A stretch of 64,000 nt of DNA, taken from Mobula hypostoma. Its lineage: Eukaryota. This document shows, one piece after another, positions 1 to 12,450 of the stretch. The DNA is taken from NCBI RefSeq assembly GCF_963921235.1, contig NC_086097.1, positions 70,930,001-70,994,000 of the forward strand, read 5' to 3'. The position numbers and the translations under genes were made by a program. Position 1 is the stretch's first letter, and each line of letters starts with the position of its first letter. Under the pieces are notes generated by a model. That model saw only the letters and a list, made by a program, of their open reading frames with translations. It had not been told where the DNA came from and did not search any database.

Positions 1-179
1 ATAAATCAAAAGAAAAAAATAAAATAGTACCAAATACATTACATTAAAAATACAGTTACAATCACAAAACCCTGTATTCATAAAAAATTAGATTAAATTG
101 TAATACTGAAATATAATAATTTTGTTATATAGAAAAAAAATCTAAACCCACTACCAAAGTCAGAGCTGTAACCGTAACC

Positions 180-985
180 TTTGACACTCTGACTAATCAA
201 GGGTCTTTCAACCTCTGTTTTAAATGTACTCTATGGCTTGGCCTCCATAACCTTCTGTGACAATGAATTCCATAGATTTACTACCCTTTGGCTAAAGAAA
301 TTCCTTCTCATCTCTGTTCTAAATGAGGCTGTCCTCTGACACCCCACTATAGGGGTGTAGTCCATCTGATCCAAGTGACTTATCTATTTTCAGACCTCTT
401 AGCTTCCCAAGCACCTTCTCCTGAGTAAGTGACAACACTCACTTCTGCTCCTGACACTCTTGAATTTCTGGCATATGTCAGTGTCTTCTATAGTAAAGTC
501 TGACACAAAGTACTTAATAAGTTCATCCGCTATTTCTTTGCCCCCCTCCCGTGATATTACCTCTCCAGTGTCATTTTCCAGTGATTCAATAGCCACTCTC
601 GCTTATCTTTTACTCTTTATATATTTGAAAAACTTTTGGTATCCTCTTTAATATTATTAGCAAAACTTCATATTTCATCTTTTCTCTCTTTATAGCTTTT
701 TTAGTTGCCTTCTGTTGGTTTTTAAATGCTTCAGAATTCTCTAACTTCCCACTAATTTTTGCTATATTACGTGCCCTCTCCTTTGCTTATATGCTTACAT
801 TGACTTCAACCACAGTTGCCTCATCCTCCCTTCTTCACCTTTGGAATATATCAATCATTTGCCTTCCAATTGCCCCCAGCCATTGTTTCGTGATCTGTTA
901 GCCCTGCTTGTGTCCTCTTCCAATCAACTTTGGTGAGCTCCACTCTCATGCCTCTGTATTTCCCTTTACTCCGCTATAATACTAA
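180..985 (-). mobile_element. CR1-like LINE fragment (left part, interrupted by the Penelope insertion)
   Basis: Decayed ORF2-like text on the minus strand (ORF 399..596, KEIADELIKYFVSDFTIEDT). The sequence resumes after the TSD at 4581-4596. Confidence 0.7.
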
Positions 986-1062
986 TACATTTGACTCTAT
1001 CAACATACATCAAAGTTGCTGGTGAACGCAGCAGGCCAGGCAGCATCTCTAGGAAGAGGTGC

Positions 1063-1098
1063 AGTCGACGTTTCAGGCCGAGACCCTTCGTCAGGACT
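1063..1098 (-). ncRNA. Minimal type I hammerhead ribozyme motif (Penelope terminus, left arm)
   Basis: Reverse complement reads AGTC-CTGACGA-AGGGTCTCGGCCT-GAAAC-GTC-GACT: CUGANGA and GAAA cores, GUC cleavage triplet, AGTC/GACT helix I. Confidence 0.8.
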
Positions 1099-2232
1099 AA
1101 CTGAAGGAAGAGTGAGTAAGGGATTTGAAAGCTGGAGGGGGAGGGGGAGATGCAAAATGATAGGAGAAGACAGGAGGGGGAGGGATAGAGCCGAGAGCTG
1201 GACAGGTGATAGGCAAAAGGGGATACGAGAGGATCATGGGACAGGAGGCCCGGGAAGAAAGACAAGGAGGGGAGGGGGGGACCCAGAGGATGGGCAAGAG
1301 GTATATTCAGAGGGACAGAGGGAGAAAAAGGAGAGTGAGAGAAAGAATGTGTGCATAAAAATGAGTAACAGATGGGGTACGAGGGGAAGGTGGGGCCTTA
1401 GCGGAAGTTGGAGAAGTCGATGTTCATGCCATCAGGTTGGAGGCTACCCAGACGGAATATAAGGTGTTGTTCCTCCAACCTGAGTGTGGCTTCATCTTTA
1501 CAGTAGAGGAGGCCGTGGATAGACATGTCAGAATGGGAATGGGATGTGGAATTAAAATGTGTGGCCACTGGGAGATCCTGCTTTCTCTGGTGGACAGAGC
1601 GCAGATGTTCGGCAAAGCAGTCTCCCAGTCTGCGTCGGGTCTCGCCAATATATAAGAGGTCACATCGGGAGCACCGGACGCAGTATATCACCCCAGTAGA
1701 CTCACAGGTGAAGTGTTGCCTCACCTGGAAGGTCTGTTTGATGCCCTGAATGGTGGTAAGGGAGGAAGTGTAAGGGCATGTGTAGCACTTGTTCCACTTA
1801 CAAGGATAAGTGCCAGGAGGGAGATCGGTGGGGAGGGATGGGGGGGACGAATGGGCAAGGGAGTTGCGTAGGGAGCGATCCCTGCGGAATGCAGGGGGGG
1901 GGGAGAAAAGATGTGCTTAGTTGTGGGATCCCGTTGGAGGTGACGGAAGTTACGGAGAATAATATGTTGGACCCGGAGGCTGGTGGGGTGGTAGGTGAGG
2001 ACCAAGGGAACCCTATTCCTAGTGGGGTGGCGGGAGGATGGAGTGAGAGCAGATGTACGTGAAATGGGGGAGATGCGTTTAAGAGCAGAGTTGATAGTGG
2101 AGGAAGGGAAGCCCCTTTCTTTAAAAAAGGAAGACATCTCCCTCGTCCTAGAATGAAAAGCCTCATCCTGAGAGCAGATGCGGCGGAGACGGAGGAATTG
2201 CGAGAAGGGGATGGCGTTTTTGCAAGAGACAG

Positions 2233-2382
2233 GGTGAGAAGAGGAATAGTCCAGATAGCTGTGAGAGTCAGTAGGCTTATAGTAGGTGAGAAGAGGAATA
2301 GTCCAGATAGCTGTGAGAGTCAGTAGGCTTATAGTAGGTGAGAAGAGGAATAGTCCAGATAGCTGTGAGAGTCAGTAGGCTT
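2233..2382 (-). repeat. 52-bp tandem repeat, about 3 copies, within the Penelope left arm
   Basis: Reverse complement of CTATAAGCCTACTGACTCTCACAGCTATCTGGACTATTCCTCTTCTCACCTA, repeated. Confidence 0.95.
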
Positions 2383-3117
2383 TTGCCCACACCTCAGCGA
2401 GTTCCGTGTTCGCCATGATGCGGAACTTTTCTTCCGCCGTCTCCGTCTCTGAGCCTACTTCTTCGGCAAGGACTCTTCGAGGTATGCAGAAACGAGTTTG
2501 GTGGGGCAGGAGCAAGCTGAGACAATAGGTCGGCCAGGACAGGCAGGTTTGTGGATCTTGGGTAGGAGGTAGAAACGGGAAGTGCGGGGTGTGGGAACTA
2601 TAAGGTTGGTAGCAGTGGATGGGAGATCCCCTGAGCGGATAAAGTCGGTGATGGTGTGGGAGACAATGGCCTGGAGCTCCTTAGTGGGGTCATTCACGAT
2701 CGAGGGGTAAATAAGAGGAGGTATCCGCGAGTGTCGCTGTGCCTCGGCAAGGTAAAGGTCAGTACGCCAGACTACAACAGCACCCCCCTTATCGGTGGGT
2801 TTAATAATAAGGTTAGGATTAGTGCGGAGGGAGTGGAGTGGAGAACAGAGCGTTCCGAAGGAGTGAGGTTGGAATGGGGACAAGGTGCGGTGAAGTCGAG
2901 ACGGTTGATGTCCCGTCGGCAATTAGCGATAAAGAGATCCAGAGCAGGCAGAAGACCAGAGCGGGGTGTCCATGAAGAAGAGGAGGGTTGAAGACGGCAG
3001 AAGGGGTCATCGGTGGGGGTGGAAGAGTCCTTGCCGAAGAAGTAGTCTCGGAGACGGAGACGGCGGAAGAAAAGTTCCACATCATGGCGAACACGGAACT
3101 CACTGAGATGTGGACGA

Positions 3118-3320
3118 AAGCCTACTGACTCTCACAGCTATCTGGACTATTCCTCTTCTCACCTACTATAAGCCTACTGACTCTCACAGCTATCTGGACT
3201 ATTCCTCTTCTCACCTACTATAAGCCTACTGACTCTCACAGCTATCTGGACTATTCCTCTTCTCACCTTACTATAAGCCTACTGACTCTCACAGCTATCT
3301 GGACTATTCCTCTTCTCACC
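3118..3320 (+). repeat. 52-bp tandem repeat, about 4 copies, within the Penelope right arm
   Basis: Same unit, with AAGCCT recurring at 3118, 3170 and so on. It encodes YKPTDSHSYLDYSSSH. Confidence 0.95.
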
Positions 3321-4447
3321 CTGTCTCTTGCAAAAACACCATCCCCTTCTCACAATTCCTCCATCTCCGCCGCATCTGCTCTCAGGATGAGGCTTTTCAT
3401 TCTAGGACGAGGGATATGTCTTCCTTTTTTAAAGAAAGGGGCTTCCCTTCCTCCACTATCAACTCTGCTCTTAAACGCATCTCCCCCATTTCACGTACAT
3501 CTGCTCTCACTCCATCCTCCCGCCACCCCACTAGGAATAGGGTTCCCCTGGTCCTCACCTACCACCCCACCAGCCTCTGGGTCCAACATATTATTCTCCG
3601 TAACTTCCACCACCTCCAACGGGATCCCACCACTAAGCACATCTTTCCCTCCCCCCCCTGCATTCCGCAGGGATCGCTCCCTACGCAACTGCCTTGTCCG
3701 TTCGTCCCCCCCATCCCTCCCCACTGATCTCCCTCCTGGCACTTATCTGTGTAAGCGGAACAAGTGCACACATGCCCTTACACTTCCTCCCTTACCACCA
3801 TTCAGGGCCCCAAACAGTCCTTCCAGGTGAGGCGACACTTCACCTGTGAGTCTACTGGGGTGATATACTGCGTCCGGTGCTCCCGATGTGACCTTTTATA
3901 TATTGGCGAGACCCGACGCAGACTGGGAGACCGCTTTGCCGAACATCTATGCTCTGTCCGCCAGAGAAAGCAGGATCTCCCAGTGGCCACACATTTTAAT
4001 TCCACATCCCATTCCCATTCTGACATGTCTATCCACGGCCTCCTCTACTGTAAAGATGAAGCCACACTCAGGTTGGAGGAACAACACCTTATATTCCGTC
4101 TGGGTAGCCTCCAACCTGATGACATGAACATCGACTTCTCCAACTTCCGCTAAGGTCCCACCTCCCCCTCGTACCCCATCTGTTACTTATTTTTATGCAC
4201 ACATTCTTTCTCTCACTCTCCTTTTTCTCCCACTGTCCCTCTGAATATACCTCTTGCCCATCCTCTGGGTCCCCCCGCCCTTGTCTTTCTTCCCGGACCT
4301 CCTGTCCCATGATCCTCTCGTATCCCTTTTTGCCTATCACCTGTCCAGCTCTTGGCTCTATCCCTCCCCCTCCTATCTTCTCTTATCATTTTGGATCTCC
4401 CCCTCCCCCTCCAACTTTCAAACTCCTTACTCACTCTTCTTTCAGGT

Positions 4448-4483
4448 AGTCCTGACGAAGGGTCTCGGCCTGAAACGTCGACT
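4448..4483 (+). ncRNA. Minimal type I hammerhead ribozyme motif (Penelope terminus, right arm)
   Basis: AGTC (4448-4451), CTGACGA (4452-4458), short helix II, GAAAC, GTC (4477-4479), GACT (4480-4483). Confidence 0.8.
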
Positions 4484-4596
4484 GCACCTCTTCCTACAGA
4501 TGCTGCCTGGCCTGCTGCGTTCACCAGCAACTTTGATGTGTGTTGCTTGAATTTCCAGCATCTGCAGAATTCCTGTTGTTTACATTTGACTCTATC

Positions 4597-5249
4597 TTAT
4601 CCCGCTCAAATTGTAGGGTGAATTCTATCATATTATGGTCACTGTCTCCTAGGCTTCCTGATTAAATCTGGTTCACACACAACGCCCAATCCAGAACTTC
4701 CTTCCCACAGTTAGTTCAACCACAAGCTGCTTTAAAAAGCCATCTCGTAGGCATTCTAGAAATTCTCTCTCTTGGGATCCAGCACCAACCTTAATTTTTC
4801 AACTTACCTGTATATTGAAATCCCCGATTGCTATCATAACATTTCCCTTTTCACATACATTTTCTATCTCCCATTGTAATTTATATCCCACATCTTGGCT
4901 ACTATTTGAGGCCTGTATATAACTCCCATCAGCATCTTTTTAACCTTGCAGTTTCTTAACTCTACCCATAAGAACTCTGCATCTTTTGATCGTATGTCAC
5001 TTCTTTCTAAGGACTTGATTTCATTTTTTAGCAACAGAGCCACCCCGCCCCCTCTATTTATCTGTCTGTCCTTTCTATACAAGATGTCTCCCTGTATGTT
5101 AAACTCCCAACTATGGTCTTCTTTCAGCCATGGCACAGTGATGCCCACACGTCATATCTGCCAGTCTCTAATTGCGCTACAAGATCATCTACCTTATTCC
5201 GTATACTGCATGCTTTTAAATATAACATATTCAGACCTGTATTCATCAC
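4597..5249 (-). mobile_element. CR1-like LINE fragment, APE endonuclease region
   Basis: ORF 4864..5148 (-): GITVPWLKEDHSWEFNIQG...YRKDRQ..RGGGVALL...LWVELRNCK...GVIYRP, typical of the CR1 APE domain. Confidence 0.85.
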
Positions 5250-5563
5250 TGTGTGGGCACGTGGCCAAGTGGTTAAGGCATTTGACTAGCGATCTGAAGG
5301 TAGTGAGTTCAAGCCCCAGCCGAGGCAGCGTGTTGTGTCCTTGAGCAAGGCACTTAATCACACATTGCTCTGCGACGACACTGGTGCCAAGCTGTATGGG
5401 TTCTAATGCCCTTCCCTTGGACAACATCAGCGTCGTGGAGAGGGGAGACTTGCAGCATGGGCAACTGCCTGTCTTCCATACAACCTTGCCCATGCCTGCG
5501 CCCTGGAGAATGAAGACTTTCCGGGCACAGATCCATGGTCTCGCAAGACTAACGGATGCCTTT
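5250..5563 (+). mobile_element. tRNA-derived SINE
   Basis: Pol III A box TGGCCAAGTGG and B box GAGTTCAAGCC at the 5' end, then a non-tRNA body. 10-bp TSD TATTCATCAC at 5240-5249 and 5564-5573. Confidence 0.85.
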
Positions 5564-8234
5564 TATTCATCACCCATTTTGATTTCCCCCCATATTACAC
5601 TTCAACTCACTGGCAGTGATTTTGCCTGTGCTTCCTCACAGTCTCACTACACACTGCATCTACTTGCATACCGACTGCCCCGCCCTCTGACCTATGATTT
5701 CATTTTCCATCCCCCCAACAAATTATGTTATGGAGTGCTAAGCTCTAGGTGCAGGCCAATGGACTAGGCAGGACAACAGTTTGGCATGGACTAAATGGGC
5801 TGGGCAGAAGTGCCTGCTTCTGTGCCGTAGGCCATGACCCTAAATTTGAATGAGTAGTATTTAAAAGAGAAGAAGTGCATTTTACAGGCAATTCACTTCT
5901 TGAAAATTCATCCTACCTCCAAACAATAACTCTTGCTGCTCACCTTGCAGAAATGACCAGCAGAAAACAATGAATATGTTGTAACGAGGAAATATTCTCC
6001 AAATCCTTTATCAAGATGATTTTCTCAACATTGTGTTTATTGTTCCATGTCTCCCAGCCACCAACCCTGGCCATATATTTGTTTGCTTTACGTTTAGATT
6101 GTCACCTTTGGAATGAGGAACAATAAAATGGTTCATTGTGGTTTTCCATAATATAAGAATATAAAAGTCCTTATTGTATAAGGATTTAGACTGCCTAGCC
6201 TATCTGAAATTGAATCGTTCTTTATTACAGCAGTACCAACTTTAAAATATCTTGATAAAATCGATGCCTACAGCAATGTTTGATGGGGTTTTTATGTACA
6301 ATTACACATTCATTCGTGCTGGTGCAAATTTCTTCAATAGACTAGCATTCTCTGATAATGAGATAAACGCACATATAGAAAGAACCAGAGGAGCATGTTG
6401 AATATGAAATCAAATCAAATAGCAAGCAATCATTAGTCATAAGTGAGATAAGTGAACATCAGCTGACTGCCAATAAGGAACAGATAAATAACTGCTAATT
6501 TTATAACAAAATATTCAGGGATCATGATAAGAGACTATAAAAATTTGAATAAAGTAGACATGCTACTGAAATAAGAGCCCCTTTAGTCCTTCATTTCACA
6601 TACATTGTTGTGTTGTGTGAGCAGTGGTTTGTGTACAAATAATAGGCCACTGTTGAATTGAGTACATTATTAATTACATTTTGTGTTGGCTCTCATCTGG
6701 CAGACCTTGGCAAATATAAAGGTCATTTAGAATTTAGTTTGTAATATTCATGTGGAGAAACAATTTTTGGACATGTTACTGAGTGCGTGTCTGGTCGTAT
6801 CAGTGAAGCCAAACTCGTACCATTCTAAAAGATAAGAACCTGCAGGCTAATAGAATGTTTTTATTTGTCGAAGTCTTAGTACAGCTTTCTCTACAAACAC
6901 AACTGCAATCCCTTCCGGTATAGTCAGATTTCTGATAGAGAGAAATATGGAATTAGATTAGTTTATTTGTCAATCTGCCTTCAAACAAAATCTTCAAAAA
7001 TAATTTCATTGTTAATGGAGAAATTTGTTCTATGAGGGAACATTGTGCATTGTGTATTGTTTCTGGAGAGAGAGTGAACGCTGCATATATGTATGAAAAT
7101 AATGTGGTTCTATCATATTAACGCCAGTGTGGTTTGATAAATCAGTGACCATTCAAAGAAGGCATGATAATCCAAGTTGAATGGAGAACACTCGCCAATT
7201 ATTGTTCTGTGGAGCATTTTCTGTTCTAACAATGATTAACTGAACAGCAATACTCTGAGTATTAATTATTTGTGAAAACAAACACGAGCACTGATGCTAC
7301 TTCAATTCCCTTAATTGTTTATATTTTTAATCGTATATTCGACCACTTGTAAGATTTTACTTGGTGTCACATGCTATTTACATGCACAATTTTTTTCTGG
7401 ATCAGCATGTACGCTAAAGTATGTAATTTGTCAAAATTGGGTTCTGATCATAGAAAATGTTTTCTTCGAGTTTTTGATTGGATGGGATCTGCTTTTTGTT
7501 TCCTCTGAACGATAAATAATAAGAGTGTATAATCATTGGCATAATCACTTCTGAATTTTTATTGAATTTCTCAGTCATGGTAATCATTACCCAGATAGCC
7601 TGGACTATTTATAAAGTTAGTGACATCTTGCACCATTTCCCAGCTCCTTCCCCCCACAACCCTAATCCTAAAATGAAAATTTGATAAGCTAACATGCAAA
7701 ACAAACATTTTAAGATAATTAGTCTTATTTGTTGTGTGTCACATCCAGCCATCTCGATTTTAAATAAGGCTCCTTTTGTTTTGCACACTCCCATCAGATA
7801 AATTGTTGTATTGCTTAGGGTGATGTTCCAGCACAACCTGAAACAGCTAAATATTGTCCAATGCAGCCAAGAGTAATTTGCAAGTTGAATGTGGCCAGCA
7901 GGTTCAGAAGATGCAGATGTATACTTTTCAGGCTATCAATCAAGATACACCTCACTTAGTAACTTTCTTGCAAAATATTCCAATTATACCAGACAACTGA
8001 CATGTCAATTACTTTGTAAAAATAATAATAGTGAATTTTAAACCATGATGGCTTCAATTCATTCAGTAGTTATTGTCAGATTAGAAATTTACATCCTTAG
8101 TTTGTCAACATCTTGCGGACCTGTTCTGATTTTTTTAATGTCTTTCTTCTTTCTTTGTGTATTTCCTGAGGTATGTATAAATAAACATTTGAAGCACATA
8201 TGTAATAGTAACAACAACAACAATAATAATAATA

Positions 8235-11200
8235 AAAGGCAGAATAGGCAGGCAGGCAACAGGAAACCCAAAAAAGATACTGATAGCATTCAAAGTAGCC
8301 CATCAACACTACAGATTGTGACTGCTGCAAGTGTTTCTCTGGAGCAGTCTACTTACAACTGAGACCATTCAAGCCGTTAAGAGAAGAAAGACATGCATGA
8401 AATGGTCATTAGAAGTAAAAACATTCATAATGTGCGTACACTACCAAGTAATGGAACTTGAGACTGACATGACATGATACAGGGACAAACTTCATGTCCC
8501 TCCATGCAACTAAATGTACTACGAATAGCAGATCAACATAGAGTGTGAGTAAAAAGTAACTTAATCCTTATAGACATGTTAAACCAAATAAAACATGAAG
8601 TTGCACAAGAGCTAGAAAGAAACCAACCTAAAGATCACGACAATATCACACAAGAAGATAATGAAGATGCAGCACACTGAAGCACTGATGAAAATACCAT
8701 TATTCAGTTGCTTCCACAATTGGACATATTATACATTAACAACAACAACATAGTTCCAGAGCCTCCACGGAATGCTGATAGTGAGGCAGAGCTTACAGGC
8801 AAAATTATTCTAATATTTAGCACCACATCAACAGAATATATGGGCATTGACCCAACAAAAAGACCCTACATAGCAAAACAAACTACATCATCAAAGTTTG
8901 CAAAAATTGTTGGTAATCTCAACAATATTATATTGTCACAACATTTAGGAAAACTTGAAATGTTTGAAGAACTATACACAATAACATACTGTGCAGCACT
9001 AACAGCAGTGCAGTGCATTGACTCCAAAATAGAGGATCTCATTAATAGAAACTCAAAATTGAGAAATGAAAGGAGAACACGGAAACGGTAGAAGAGATTA
9101 AAAAGCAGAATTGAAACCTTAAGAGCAGAAATAGCCCACCTAACAGAATATAAAAAGGATAACCCAAGCAAGAAAGTTAAGAGAAAAGCTAAGGAAATAT
9201 AAGGTCCATACAAGATACCATCAGCCTAACAAAAGCATGGTTGAGTTTATAGATACACGAATACAAAACCTTGGTGCATACAAAGCCAGACTAAATAGAT
9301 ACATGAAATGCACCAGATGAAGAAAACAGAATTATCAGTTAAGAAACTATGAAAAAGGTTTATAGAGGACATTGAAACTAAATTTGATGCACCAAAATGT
9401 CACCAACGTCAGCACAGAATTACCAACAAACACAGAGATAATGAACTTTTGGTCTAATATCTGGTCAAACAGAGTGAAGCACAATCAAGAAGCAAGTTGG
9501 ATTAGGGAGAAAAAAGAACGCACACACATGATTGATGAAATGCAAGTACGTGAAGTTACAATGGGTATGCTGAAAGAGATTATAAAAAGTACCCACAACT
9601 GGAAAAGTACTGCAAGTGATCATCATAAATATTGGTATAAAAATTAACTTGCCTTCATCCGTACCTGTTATTGCATATCAACAATTTTCTTAAACATCCT
9701 GAAAAAGTGCCTGAATTTTTAACAGAAGGTAAAACATACCTTTTACCTAAAGGGGAAATCACAAAAGATCCATCAAAATATTGTCCGTTACTTGTTTATA
9801 TACTATATATAAAATTATAACATCATGTATCACGCAGCTAATCACCACTCACTTTGATAACCACAATAAACTTACAAGAGAGCAGAAAGGATGCCGTAAG
9901 GGTATGAAAGGATGGAAAGAACAACTGATAATAGATTCCGTAATTCTAAATCAAGCCCAGCAGAAAAGCAGAAATCTTTCATGTTGCTGTATTGACTACC
10001 AAAAGGCATTTGACTCTGTCCCATACTCATGGTTAATAAAAGTTCTTAATTGTATATAAACTACACCCTATTCTTGTGAAATTCCTGCAACATTTGATGA
10101 AGCATTGGCATACTGTAATCACCCTATCTATTAACAACTAAGAAAGACGACCACAGTTATCAAAATAAAAGGTGACTCTCAAAGTGCAGTATGGTTCTGT
10201 CTAGCTTTAAACCCACTCTCTACTTAATCGGACGAAAATTGGGTATCAAATCAGAAACAACGAAATGAGCTATACGTTAACGCCTTTTATACATGGATGA
10301 TTTGAACTTTTATGCTCCTTTATGAGATAAGCTAAAGCAGTTAATTCAAATAGTAGAACTACCTTCAAGAGATATAAATATGAACTTTGGACTGGAAAAT
10401 GCAAAACCTTAAACATAAAGAGGATATAATAAAAGAATACAAAACAGAGCAGCAGGATACAGTACAATTGATGGATGAATATGAAACATATAAGTGTCTG
10501 GGATATCAACAAGGAAAGAAAATAGGTCAGGGCGTTTTAAAGGAAAAACTTATGACAGAACTTACTTCAAGGCTTAAGAAAATCTGCTAAATAGAGCTTA
10601 GTGGTAAAAATATAACAAAGGCAATAAACCCTTTAACTATACCTAAATTAATGTATTCTTTTGGCATAATATCTTGGTCTGAAATGGATCTGGAAAATTT
10701 ACAAAGAAAAATAAGAAATGAAATGATAAATTTCAGAAAACATTATGTATATTCGAATGTGCTTAGCTTAACACTACCTAGGACAGAAGGGGTTAGAGGA
10801 ATAAAGACGTTAAAAATATACACAACAGTTAGATAAAACTTCTAAGGATATCTTTCATCAATGAAAATAGGATTCAGCACTCCACACAAGCATATGCAAT
10901 TTCGATAAGAAAAATACACCATTAAACTTAAATGAGACCACAACCCAGGAAAGTGAAGACATTATCACTATTGAAGAAAAAGTTAACCAATGGAAGAATA
11001 TGACCCTCCATGGAAGACGTCCCCATGATCTGAACAGACTAGATGTCAACAAGAAAGCGTCGAATGCCTGGCTCAGAGTTCGAGACCTCTTCCCAGATGC
11101 AGAAGGGTTCCGTGTGGCAATACAGGACTAGGTGGTTAACAAAAATAATCATCAAAAATGCATAATAAAACACCAATAAATTCAACATGATAAATATAGA

Positions 11201-12450
11201 AAATGCCGAGTAAAACCAAAAACAATCCAATACATCACAGGATCTTGCAGCAGTTTAGCTAATCTGATTACTTATTCAAGCAAAATCAAGTGACAAACAT
11301 CATTCACCAAAATCTTGCTTTAAGCTCATAAAAGAAACCATACCTTACTATAAATACAAGCCTGATCCAGTTTTAAAGTCAGAGTCCAACAAATTATTTT
11401 ACAACTGATCTGTTATTACAGATAGGACAATCTATAATAGCCATTCGGATATAATAATACAGCATAAACAAGCAAGAACAACTTCCAATAGATGTAGCCA
11501 TTCAAATCACACATAACATACAGAAAATAAGAAGTGAAAAATGGCAGAACTATGCTGAAATAAAAGAAGAAATTAAATGACTATGGAACATCAAAAGGGT
11601 ATACATTGTCCCAGTAGTAGTATCTGCAACTAGTATCATCTCAAAGTTGTTAAACAATAGCATTAAACAATCAAGGCTACCCAGCAATATCTATATAAAT
11701 CTCCAGAAAGCCACAACACTAAAAACCACCAGAATATTCTGAAAGTTCCTAGCAATAGAGAAATGAGTGCGGTTGGCTATGCCTGTACCTCTGGTTTTAG
11801 ATTAGATTATGAGGACATGTAGTCCTCTTTTATTGTCATTTAGTAATGCATGCATTAAGAAATGATACAATATTCCTCCGGTGTGATATCACAAAAACAC
11901 AGGACAGACCAAGACTGAAAAACTAACAAAACCACATAATTATAACATACAGTTACAACAGTGCAACAATACCATAACTTGATGAAGAACAGTCTATGGT
12001 ACAGTAAAAAAGTTTAAAGTTTCTCGGAAGTCCCACATCTCACGCAGACGGGAGAAGGAAGAAAACTCTCCCTGCCATGCCTGACCACAGTCCGACTCTG
12101 AGTCGTCCGAAAACTTCGAGCTCTGATCAGCCCTCCGACACCGAGTACCGAGCACCATCTCTATCCGAACACTTCGACCTCAGCCTCGGTCGCCAGCAGC
12201 AGGCAAAGCTGGGGATTTTGGGGCCTACCCTCCGGAGATTCTCGATCGCACAGTAACAACAGCGACGAACCAGGCATTTCAGAAATTTCTCCAGATGTTC
12301 CTCTGCTTCTCACGTCTGTCTTCATCGGATCAGAATTGTCCACAGCCCCTATTTAACAGAAACGATATCATTTCACCGGAGAGCTGTGTCACGCTGCCAT
12401 CTTCTCCTCCCACTGAGAGCTTTACCGGCTTCAGCTGAGAAAACAATTAA
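8235..12450 (+). mobile_element. Decayed R4/Dong-clade non-LTR retrotransposon (RT plus C-terminal restriction-like endonuclease)
   Basis: Broken ORF with EQKGCRKG..G.KEQLIID and IDYQKAFDSVPYSWL (9781..10059), a decayed CCHC knuckle near 11195-11250, and IDVAI / EK..NY restriction-like endonuclease remnants near 11450-11560. Flanked by CAA/TAA repeats. The 5' boundary is approximate. Confidence 0.82.
11798..12420 (-). mobile_element. Unclassified GC-richer non-coding interspersed repeat inserted in the R4 3' UTR
   Basis: Starts with (TTAGA)n on +, which would be a 3' tail on -. Composition shifts abruptly, and the host sequence ...CTGGTTTT / TTTACCGGCTTCAGCTGAG appears to resume after it. 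Confidence 0.55.

Larger units (their letters stand above)
1002..4580. mobile_element. Penelope-like retroelement, rearranged palindromic copy lacking the RT core
   Basis: GIY-YIG endonuclease ORFs on opposite strands (1398..1724 - and 3764..4153 +; GVIYCVRCSRCDLLYIGETRRRLGDRFAEH). N-terminal RT-side motifs (IIKPTDKGGAVVVW, FYLLPKIHKPACPGRPIVS) at 2479-3116 on the minus strand. 16-bp TSD TACATTTGACTCTATC at 986-1001 and 4581-4596. Confidence 0.92.

Noticed and set aside
1398..4153. Host or domesticated GIY-YIG nuclease genes
   Set aside because: Both ORFs are fragments of a frameshifted Penelope ORF inside a TSD-bounded insertion, with no splice structure.
5255..5330. tRNA gene
   Set aside because: A and B boxes are present, but the sequence continues into a ~240-bp body and is flanked by a TSD, so it is a SINE head.
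7932..7958. Possible 27-nt in-frame microexon (ttttcag|...|gtaact, AINQDTPHL)
   Set aside because: The donor is weak and the peptide does not resemble the short alternative linker insert I recall from mammalian PKD1 (SPVSPGFE-like), which I could not find in the window.
8045..8362. Short ORFs with poly-N or poly-L runs
   Set aside because: They are translations of the CAA/TAA microsatellite.
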